47,172 nt of DNA from Seison nebaliae (taxonomy: Eukaryota), in the NCBI GenBank assembly GCA_023231475.1, contig JALJEE010001153.1:1-47172 (forward strand), in the 5' to 3' direction. The notes beneath the pieces are model-generated. The model was not told where the DNA came from. It saw nothing but the letters and a program-made list of their open reading frames with translations, and did not search any database. Positions 1 to 9,304 of the stretch are shown piece after piece. How positions within the stretch are numbered: position 1 is the first letter of the stretch; each line of letters opens with the position of its first letter. The position numbers and the translations under genes are program-made.

Positions 1-647
1 GAAAATTAGTAGGAGCCAAATTACTTGACGAGATATCCTCTTTGGATCTCGTCAAGTTTTTTAGAAGAAGAATCTCAAAAAGAGAGTCTCAATCAAGCCA
101 ATCAAACAGAAAATATTACAAGACACCAAATACATATAAATTCGACACAATAATTTCTTTAGAACAAAGTTGATCTGCTTACCATAAAATTCTAATTAAT
201 AACATTTCTTTCCCATTTTATGCTTTTTTCAATTTATTGAGAATTAAATAAATACTTTTGATAATTAATTTTTTTTTAATTTTAAATTAATAATCTCCTC
301 GGGGTAATGTAAAAAGAAATAATGATAATTCATTTCAAATGAATCATTTGTCTCGATCAGTTCACGGCCTCGATAGATAAATGGAAGTAAATTATTGGGA
401 ATGAGTTCAGAAATGTTGAAGGAATTCATCATTTCCGTCAATGAAGCGAGAGATTGTGGATATTGTCAATCGTAATATTTGGAAAAGAATTTAGTAGGAG
501 AGTTGAACTCTTCACATTGATGAGAAGATGGAAATGCGAATAGTCAATTATTGATATTGGTAATAAGTACGTAATATCTCGACATTAGCAACAGTGGAAA
601 AGGTGGTAACTGTAAGATCGTAAACATGAACGCTCTATTGAATGGAC

Positions 648-1580
648 GTGTACATCCTCGGTTACGGAGCGGTACTCACCCTTGTTTCAGTTCACCCCCT
701 TCTCTATTTTCGCAGAGAAACTCACCCTTAATAAAATTCGCTAATTTAGTTGGAGTTCGGAGAAAAACTCACCTCATAAAATTATATTAACTAAAGTTGA
801 TTTTAAGAGTACTCTTAGAGTAGAGTTAATAAACGTTTATTAATAGTTTAATATAGATTAGTTTATTATTTATTATATTTATAAGATTAATTAGAAATGT
901 TTAAGAAAATATATTTTGGTATTAAAAATGCCGTACATTTTGCAGAAAAAATCTTCTATTTTCTCTACATCGAAATCGGCTATAAATTTTTTTATTTTTT
1001 CCTCTTTTTCAATATCCACTTTACGAACACGTTTTCGAATACCCTCTACCACTAATTTAAATTGGACATTTTCGTGTTGGAAAAATTTGTGTAAATAATT
1101 TTCGAACATAGGACGCGTTGGATGATGATATGGATTTAAGAATTTTAAACCATTATTCTTCCCCTCCAATAAATTATTGGTTCAGGGAATTCCGTCAATT
1201 GTCCATTGAGAATTTGTCCATAATCGTGGTGGATATCGAGCATTAATGAAAATATTGAAAGATTGACTATAAATGGCACGATGAGTTGCGAAGAATTTTC
1301 ATAAAAACTTCGAACTAGAACATACTGATCTTCCTCTACAGTAGCCTGAACTTTGATTGCCGATTGTCAGCTTTGTTGCTTGATTTTTCGGATGTTGCGT
1401 TCTATCGGGGGACAGTAGTTGAATCTTCTAAAAAAATTTCGTCAGCGATTGTGCATGTCGCTTGTGCAATATCTCGGCAGACTGTTTCCCGGGATTTCTC
1501 CAGGAATCTAGGATGCGAAATTTCTTCGCCTTGTTTCTCGTGAGTATGATTATTGTCGTATGATAATATTTCCTGTTCTC
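648..1580 (-). mobile_element. Degenerate, internally deleted MULE/Mutator-like DNA transposon relic
   Basis: The - strand frame upstream of ORF 891..1169 reads ARYPPRLWTNSQWTIDGIP*TNNLLEGKNNGLKFLNPYHHPT. This matches the MULE C-terminal motif PxFPPxLWN...PRTNNxxEG.H...HP, with the Arg replaced by TGA. ORF 1402..1584 (NNHTH... then RNIRKIK after a frameshift) resembles the region following the N-terminal Zn finger. The DDE core is missing. Repeated ACTCACCC-like motifs at ~674-775 look subterminal. The left boundary is approximate. Confidence 0.7.
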
Positions 1581-3160
1581 TCAATAGAACCTGCGCTTTA
1601 CAATTAGCTCGTCTATTCTTCGATCAATAATAGAGAATTTTACCCGTACCGTATTTTTTAAAATTTTTTTTATATAATCCCCGCGGGGTAAATTATAAAG
1701 GAAACGAAATAACTCATCAGATGAGTTATTGCAAATAAGTGATTTGCCCTGATCCACGTAGGTACGTAAAGAGTCAGGAATGAAGGAATCGATATTAAAG
1801 TTGTTGATTAAAGAGCGGGCGGTCTCTAGAGAAGTAGGTACCGTTAATGAATAATAAAGCGAAAAGAAGTTGATAGGAGAAGAGAATATCTCACATTGAT
1901 TAAAAGATGGAATCGGAAAATCGGAAGAAGTTACAGATTCTAGTAATTTAACGTACCTAACCGCGAGAAGAAGTGGTAAAGGCTTCAGCTCCGACATAGA
2001 GAACATGAAGGCTCTGTTGAAACGTTTACCACAACGGAGTAACATCCGTATTGTTCTGTTGTATGTTCGATCGAGAGATCGTAATGACTTATTAAGTTGA
2101 CGATAATGAGGCAGCGAGACCATAGAAATCACAGCAATAAGTTATAAACAATCGAAGTTTCAGTGAAATAGGAAAGAATTTGCAACGATGAAAGAAAGAA
2201 TAGAACATCCGCAAAAATTTGCATTTAATTTAATCAGTCAATTTCGAAGACTTTTTTCTATTGTCCAACTGACAACCAAGAAATTCAATTTCTTTCGAAA
2301 TTATTAAACTGAAATTACTACAGGAAGAAAGATTATGAATGTTCGTCAAAATTTTAGATTTAGATTCATTGATTTGAATCCAAATTGTTGCCAATCGAGA
2401 TTTCACAATGCTGAGGATGTTGTGGCAATTTTTTGCAGAATTGCAGCAAATAACCATATCATCCACGAAAGAGTATAGTACCGGAAAACAAAACTCCCAA
2501 TTCTGAAGGAATAATGATTATTTACATGACAGAGAATTTCATCAACTAATTTACCGAAAATCCAAGGAGCCAAAATGGAACCTTGTCGCACATCTTTATT
2601 AATAGCCAAGAATTCAGAAAAACTAGAATTCCATTTGACGACACCTTTGCCGATATAAGTTTAATGAAATTAATCGAATAAGAATCGAGACCAGCCTCAT
2701 CTAGAACTCGTAGTCCTTCTTGAATATTGACAGAATCGAAAGCCTTTGTGGCGTCAATAAAATAAAAAACGAACGTCGTATTAACGGAACGACATAATGA
2801 GATTAAGAACTTCAACAATAAAATTAATGGAAGAGTACCTCTACTCACCTTACGATAAGCGAATTGGTAGAACGAAGAATATAGATTGAGCGAGAATATA
2901 TTCTTAATAATTTGTTCGATAATTTTTATGAGACCATTTGTTATACAAATAGAACGATACGAGTTGACATCAGACAAAGGTTTACCATGTCCTTTATAAA
3001 CAGTAATGATGGAAAATCATATTACTCATATAGCTATAATCGATATTACATAGAAGGATCTTATTAATATGGTTGATAATTAGTTGAATCGACGTTTCGT
3101 CAAGTCCAGATACCAACTTGAAACACCAATCATCGACACCATGCGATTTAACCATGCAAG
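1581..3160 (-). mobile_element. Truncated, frameshifted non-LTR retrotransposon (LINE) reverse transcriptase pseudogene
   Basis: RT motifs occur in order across ORFs 2994..3233, 2546..2977, 2403..2609, 2230..2466 and 1581..2132: KSHGVD, YKGHGKPLSDVNSYRSI, QFAYRK, FIDATKAFDSV, VRQGSILAPWIF, (YS)FVDDM, INESKSKIL, EFLG. There are several frameshifts. No endonuclease domain or poly(A) tail is visible. Confidence 0.9.
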
Positions 3161-3618
3161 ATGTTATATAAAAAAAAAACAAACGGAAAATGTTATAATA
3201 ATAATGGAGATTAATTTTGAGTGAAAGAAACAAAATTTCTCTGTTCGTTTATCGAGAACAGAATGAAAATTAAAAAACAAACAATTTGAGAGTAGGAGAA
3301 AGTTTGAAATAGTAAAATAAATAATTCTCTTTACTAACTGAATTAAAAATTCTCTTTGTCATTAGAAATGTCCTTCAAATGTTCATGCTAAATTACTGAA
3401 ACTACTGAAAAATGAATGACAATGGTTTCTCCTCAATTCAAGTTCAATAATAATGCAATGACAAATGGAGATAATATTGTTGATAATTAATTGAAGCCAT
3501 AAATTTGAAATGAAAAATGCATGGGAGCTATTCATTTGGACAACTAATCAATAGTTGTACATGTGGTGGGGTAAATCGGACATCGTGGTTGGACATTTCG
3601 AATAATTTCGGTACAATA

Positions 3619-4092
3619 ATGAGCGAAATGGAAGAGGAATATGTTGTCGAGAAGATTTGTGGTCGTCGAACTAAAAACGGCAAAACGGAATATTTTCTGA
3701 AATGGGTCGGATACACACATAACGATAACACTTGGGAACCAGAAGAGAATTTGGGTTGTCCGGAACTGGTGGAGGAATATGAGAAGGAGTCTAAACTGAA
3801 GACGAAGGAGAAAAAGAAGGCTTCTCTCATTCTCGATGAAATTATTGAGAATGATGAAATTTTGGATAAATATGTCGCTGAGAAAATCATGGGTGCAACA
3901 GAACACGACGGTGAGTTAATTTTAATGATGAAATGGTTAGTAAGTTTATTTTGAAATTGACAAACGATTTTTTCCGTTTTTAGGAAAGGCGTTCAGAAAA
4001 CTTCTTTCATCAACATCAAAAAAGCAAGAGGAAGATATTCTCAATTGATAATTGATTTCTTTTTGGAACGACTTATTTGGGATTCGAAATAA
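3619..4092 (+). CDS. HP1: Heterochromatin protein 1 family (chromodomain + chromo shadow domain), 2 exons
   Basis: Chromodomain [43 protein letters not shown]. Shadow domain [22 protein letters not shown]...[16 protein letters not shown], joined by a 48-nt GT-AG intron at 3936..3983. ATG 3619 is preferred over 3517. Stop TAA at 4090-4092. Confidence 0.93.
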
Positions 4093-4179
4093 AATCGGAA
4101 TTTTTGTATATTAAGTGAAAGTGAAAGTGAAAGATATTTTGTTAAGAAAATAATTTTAAATCTTGTTTCATATTTTTCA

Positions 4180-5668
4180 ATGAAAAATTTTATATGTTTC
4201 TTACTTCTCTTATTTGGACGTGGGAGATCGGAGAGATGTTCCTTCAATTTACACTCGTCACATGTTAAAGATTTTCTGAGAGTTTGTTCTGCCGAATCGA
4301 ACGGAACGGCCATGTGCTTTCCTGGTTGGTTGTCCAACTTGTTTCTCCAAAATATTTCAAGTTGTTTAGGGAAATTATTTGTGAATTTTATTCGAGTGAA
4401 ATCGTTCGCCAATTGCGGAGAATGGACGAAAAGAATGCCTATCAGAATATTTGGAGAGAACTTATTTTTAGAGAATGAAGGAAGAAGGAACGAATCGATT
4501 TGTAGATTTTCAAAAAAAAATTTTGAGTTGGATCCTAAAGAAGTTTTAGGATTTTGATAGGAAACTAATGTTTTCATATCTCTTATCTGTTTGTAGTTGG
4601 AGGGAGAGAATTATTTCTTTACTCACTCCAATATCTCCTCGTTAATTCTTTCATTTGAAGTGGCTATTGATCGTGAATTGTCGTATTTTTGTAAGTTAAT
4701 CAAATTGTCGAACAATGAATTATTAACTCGATTAGTTGTTTCATGAACGGGGGAGATGTGATGGAAGGAAATTGCAGATTTAGTGGTTTACTTTTGTGGA
4801 ATTTCATCAATTTCCTCAATTATTTACAGGTAATTTATATTTAAATTATTTCCATAAATTGGTACTAAACATTCCTTTGACTACTTCATCCCAAGTGGGC
4901 GAATGGATAGATAACGTGAAATCGTTGTCAGACAATCTTACCACATTCTTCATATCATGTTTGGCAGGTTCTCTTTTTGTTGATGGTCGAAGAAAAAATG
5001 AGAAATTTTCAGATGACAATTCCATCACGTATTTGTCAAGACGATTTGACAACGACGAATTGAGATGTTAAATATTCTTCAAATGGATTAAATCGAAATA
5101 TTATGCTTTTTAGATTGGCTACAGAAACGTGGAAAGAATGGAATGCTTATTTCATTGAACGATAGTGGAGATTTGATATCATCTGATCTTTACAAATTTA
5201 TTGGAGGAGATTTTGAAAAAGGTTCATTATTTCATTATTTTTCCATTTTTTAATTATTTCTCTGATTTTGATGATGAAGAATATAACAATCTTACTAATC
5301 TTGCTTCACATTTCCAAATGAAATATTATACAATGATCCGATATGGTGGAGTATTGATTTGTGGAGTTGTTATTCTCGCCGTCATCATCACTGTGGAAGT
5401 GACGAATCGACGATTGAAGAAGTCGCCACTGAATGTGGGAATAAAATATGAGGAATTGGAGGCAAAATTTATGGAGTATGCGAGAAGTTTGAAAGAATTG
5501 AAACATTCATCTTATTCGTCTTCCGTGAGCTATCGGAACAGTAATGTTCGAACACCAAACAGTCACGACTATACGTACAATTACAGTGAGGAAGATTCGA
5601 AGGTGTTATTGAACGAGTCAGATTCGGAAGGAACATCAGATACAACAACTTCATACTTATCCAGTTAA
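4180..5668 (+). CDS. Probable multi-exon single-pass membrane protein, function unknown
   Basis: Signal-peptide-like start (MKNFICFLLLLFG) and Cys-containing segments in ORFs 4180..4557 and 4796..5071. ORF 5201..5668 has a hydrophobic TM stretch (YGGVLICGVVILAVIITVEV), basic residues, and a Ser/Tyr/acidic tail. Exon junctions are not resolved. Confidence 0.45.
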
Positions 5669-5885
5669 TTGATGAGTGGATGAGATTGTGGTAGAATAAT
5701 AAAAAATATAAATTTAACAAGAAACGGTTGGACCGAAGTAGAAAATAGTGAAATTGATTTCGTTTTAAGTTTTTAATTTTTCTAAAAAAGTCCATTCACT
5801 TTTTTGTTATATCACAACTTCCAAGATTGAGCAAGAAGAGAGAGAGGGGCTGCGTGGGAATGAAAGGGAGTTGGACCGAACGGGC

Positions 5886-6620
5886 ATGTACGCCAATCCA
5901 ATTCCGACGGATCATCTCGCCGAATTAAACAAGAAATTTATGTCGATTCCCAGTCGATTTCGTAAACTCAAACGAAGAAGCGAAGATCATTATATGTTAA
6001 ATGAGATTAATTCCTTATTCGAGATGTTAGTCAATCGACCATACGCATATGAGCAACACGAAGAATTGTTGTCAGATTACGTGGTAAATGGGATTTATGA
6101 GAAATGTTCCTTTATTTATGTACATTACATTCCATGGAATGGATATCCGTGGACGAATGAAGATATGAAATTGGCATTCTCGAAAGCGAGTCAATTCGGA
6201 GAGATCGAATCACAGGAAGAATTACTCAAATCGCTCATGAATATGAAAGTGAGTGATATCTGTTCTATCGACGTAGCGGAAGTTCTTTTCAAATGTCGAT
6301 ACAAAAATTTACTTTCCATCATGGCCGACATGTTCTCCAACGAATGTAATGTCAAATATTTCGATGCTCTCGTTCTCTGTGTGCATTGTGGTCTGCCCGC
6401 TTATCAACGTTTCATTTTTATTACAACAATTTTATTAATACGAAGTCTCATCGTCCAACAATTGGGAATGGCTTATGGGCGTTGGGAGAAATTGACTGCC
6501 GTTTTCGGTAATTGGAATATTTATGAAACGAACGAACCCATCGTCTTCATTCCAGAATATATACTGGGAAAGACATATGGAGACACGTTAAGTGAAAAAA
6601 TGGAAATGAATCATATGTGA
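5886..6620 (+). CDS. Uncharacterised 244-aa helical protein with weak Bcl-2/Bax-family-like motifs
   Basis: Uninterrupted ORF with first ATG at 5886. IMADMFSNECNVKYFDALV resembles the Bax BH1 region and LGMAYGRWEKLTAVFG resembles BH2, but NWGR is not conserved. Confidence 0.6.
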   Translation: MYANPIPTDHLAELNKKFMSIPSRFRKLKRRSEDHYMLNEINSLFEMLVNRPYAYEQHEELLSDYVVNGIYEKCSFIYVHYIPWNGYPWTNEDMKLAFSKASQFGEIESQEELLKSLMNMKVSDICSIDVAEVLFKCRYKNLLSIMADMFSNECNVKYFDALVLCVHCGLPAYQRFIFITTILLIRSLIVQQLGMAYGRWEKLTAVFGNWNIYETNEPIVFIPEYILGKTYGDTLSEKMEMNHM

Positions 6621-6626
6621 GAATAA

Positions 6627-6676
6627 TGTGTGTATGTCTCTCTCTCTGTCTGTCTATCTATCTGTCCATCTGTCCA
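6627..6676. repeat. Compound microsatellite (GT/CT/GTCT/ATCT) between convergent genes
   Basis: The sequence tgtgtgtatgtctctctctctgtctgtctatctatctgtccatctgtcc fills most of the 75-nt gap between the stops at 6620 and 6696. Confidence 0.75.
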
Positions 6677-6695
6677 AATGAACTTGACAAACAAT

Positions 6696-7355
6696 TTAAG
6701 GTAAATCTAATAAATCATATTTCTTATACAACTTCTCCGTATGATCATATACGCGTCGTATGACTGTGAATGTTTTAGTCGTGATTTCATCCCTAACGGA
6801 TTCCAATTCATATTGGTCATATGGTAATAAGGAATTGATCAAATAATCACGATTAGGTAATCCGTAGAGTGCGAGTGAAATCGTCTTTCGAATGACCCAA
6901 CTGTGATATTGTCCCAACGTCTCTTTATAAGATCCGTTGGCGATTTCATGTATACTATCACTCCCATCACTCTTCATCTTATATACTCGTTCAATGAACA
7001 ATGAAATAAAATCAAGAGCACGATGCAATCGTAATAGAGTTCGAGAACCGGATGGATCGGGACATTTATTGCCAGTATTAGCTCTACCAATCTTCGTTTC
7101 ATAATCGAGCATTTGATCTATCGTGAAATAATTGTCTTGTTGTGGCGATTGTCTCCATCGTCGAAGTATAAGAAGTTTTTCGTGAATATCTCTTGTGACG
7201 AATGTGAACACTGTTCCCAACGTATTCAAATATTTCTCCAATTCTTCAAAACCTTTTATATACGGGTCGAGTTTTATGTATTTCGAATTATCATCATAAC
7301 TCTCTGTAAACAGATTTCCCAAAGTGTACAGACTGAATGTGTTTGTTTTTTCCAT
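6696..7355 (-). CDS. CPTP: Glycolipid transfer protein domain protein, ceramide-1-phosphate transfer protein (CPTP/GLTPD1)-like
   Basis: LGTVFTFVTRDIHEK, SGSRTLLRLHRALDF, YKETLGQYHSWVIRKT and the C-terminal LLDLP match the CPTP/ACD11 subfamily of the GLTP fold. Confidence 0.9.
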   Translation of the reverse strand: MEKTNTFSLYTLGNLFTESYDDNSKYIKLDPYIKGFEELEKYLNTLGTVFTFVTRDIHEKLLILRRWRQSPQQDNYFTIDQMLDYETKIGRANTGNKCPDPSGSRTLLRLHRALDFISLFIERVYKMKSDGSDSIHEIANGSYKETLGQYHSWVIRKTISLALYGLPNRDYLINSLLPYDQYELESVRDEITTKTFTVIRRVYDHTEKLYKKYDLLDLP

Positions 7356-7569
7356 TCAACTCCTGTCGTTATTATATATACAAAATCAAATTAGTTTTCA
7401 ATCGAACAAAATATATATTTTCCTATTTCTCTTTCTCATCCGAAATATCAAGTTCTTTTCAATTGACTCTCTCGTCTTCAAATAAGTCGAGACGAAGCTT
7501 CTCATTCAAGTACCACATTCTCTCTTTCATTTATTTTAATAAGAAAATGAAGAAATTTAATTTTTTATT

Positions 7570-8100
7570 TCAATAATCTTTCGGAACGTCAATCTTATAT
7601 AATGCTTTATCAAATATTGACGTTTGATATGGATACAATAATTGTCCACTCTGAAATTCATCTCTCCAACAATTCATCAAATCAGGTTTAATTGTCACTT
7701 TTGTTGGTATCGACGTTTTACTTATATAACCAAGTGGACGATACAATCCATTCTTCTTCTCATTCTCTTCCACATTGGAGTCCAGACAAAAAATTTTATC
7801 TGATTTCCCAAAGTTTGTCACTTTATTTGCCGCGTCCGCACGAATATCTTCTAGTTCGTCTGAATTGAAATTCTTTTCAATCTTTTTCAAACGTTCTCCA
7901 TTTTCCAAATTCTCTAATTTCTTCTTTATATCATTCTCTAGTTCATTTCTTAAAGAAATCATATTTTCTCGTTCCCTTAAAACATCATTCTTTCGATGAT
8001 TGACTGTTTGAGATAGGCCGGTGAAATGTCGATCTAATGGATGTTCTGTTTTCTCGAATGACGACAAATTTCGCGGAGTAGATTCATCTCCTTCGTTCAT
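7570..8100 (-). CDS. Uncharacterised ~176-aa protein with a coiled-coil-like N-terminal half
   Basis: Open frame from ATG 8100 with a charged heptad-like stretch (RENMISLRNELENDIKKKLENLE). No family recognised. Confidence 0.55.
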   Translation of the reverse strand: MNEGDESTPRNLSSFEKTEHPLDRHFTGLSQTVNHRKNDVLRERENMISLRNELENDIKKKLENLENGERLKKIEKNFNSDELEDIRADAANKVTNFGKSDKIFCLDSNVEENEKKNGLYRPLGYISKTSIPTKVTIKPDLMNCWRDEFQSGQLLYPYQTSIFDKALYKIDVPKDY

Positions 8101-8601
8101 TTTATTCGTCAAATATACTTTCTCGCAATTAGACTTTTTAAGATTATTTTGAAAAAAGTTTTTATGTTATTTATGTCTGGAATTCAATTTTCTCATATTT
8201 ACCATTAAACATCTCAACAAACTAAAGCTCAAGTTGGTTGTTATGGTTACTGTAAAATAAAATGAATAATTTTTTATAATTTCCAAATAATAAATACTGG
8301 AATGGAAAAGAACTAAAAACATTTCCATATCATTGAATTCCATTCGTTCTATCATTCTTCTAACCTGAACATTGAAATCTGATTATGGAATGTGATTCAA
8401 TGATGACAATGTCTGACGACAATGATGATATCGGACTGACTATTTCATCTTATACTTCAATATTTACTTAGGAATCATAAATATTCTTTTGAGCTGAAAT
8501 ATCCGTACATACTGTCTATACATACTTCACGTACAAACCCAATATGTCCATTAACTTCAAACTTACAACTTGTTAGTAAGATAAGTCGAGCTAATTTCTA
8601 A

Positions 8602-8718
8602 CAAGGGAAGTATCTGATAGGCAGGAAACGAAATTGAAAATAAAAAAACTAAAACACGTTAAAAATAATACTAATCAGGATAGCATTTTTATTTTTTGCC
8701 AAATAGTTCAATTAGTGT

Positions 8719-8758
<40 letters not shown>

Positions 8759-9132
8759 CTAGAGCATGAATTGCTCTTAAAATATTAAATTTTTTGTGGT
8801 TAAGAAAAAAATTCATTAAAAAAAATGACAATAAAAAATTTTTTAAAATTTTTGTGGGAAATTTTACAATGGGGGAATCTTCTTAGAATCACAAAAATCG
8901 TATATATCACCATTATTCCACTGATTCGTAATTTATGAGTTTTCCACCATTATACTAATTGAAACTAATTGAACTATTTGGCAAAAAATAAAAATGCGAT
9001 CCTGATTAGTATTATTTTTAATGTATCTTACGTTAGTATAATGTTTAGTTAATGTGTTGTATAATAATAATAATATAATGTTAGTTTTTTTTATTTTCAA
9101 TTTCGTTTCTTGCCTATCAAATACTTCCCTTG
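8602..9132. mobile_element. MITE-like / foldback element with long inverted arms and TAA flanks
   Basis: 8602..8716 (CAAGGGAAGTATCTGATAGGCAGGAAACG...GCCAAATAGTTCAATTAGT) is the near-exact reverse complement of 8964..9132, apart from an AT-rich insertion of roughly 55-60 nt in the right arm. TAA lies at 8599-8601 and 9133-9135. No coding capacity. Confidence 0.75.
8723..8754 (+). repeat. Poly(A) tract, 32 nt
   Basis: Uninterrupted A run just inside the left arm of the foldback element. Confidence 0.9.
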
Positions 9133-9304
9133 TAAGTTTTATTAACATGACTCATAATTGAAAAGTTGTTAGATAAAAATAATATTTTCAAATATCAATC
9201 TCCTTCAACTTATGCGGATGTTGTAAAAATGTTGATGAGTATAAAAATAAGAAAATTAAAGAATAAGAAAGAATTTTTATTAAATTAATTCGACAATTAT
9301 TTAA

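Noticed and set aside
3..173. Open frame at the window edge (KLVGAKLLDEISSLDLVKFF...)
   Set aside because: Could be the end of an upstream gene, but it is too short and has no recognisable motif.
4041..4577. 178-aa - strand ORF and the many other short antisense or alternate-frame ORFs over HP1, HYDIN, GPCR, MBTPS2 and the giant gene
   Set aside because: Shadow ORFs of real coding sequence, with biased composition and no motifs.
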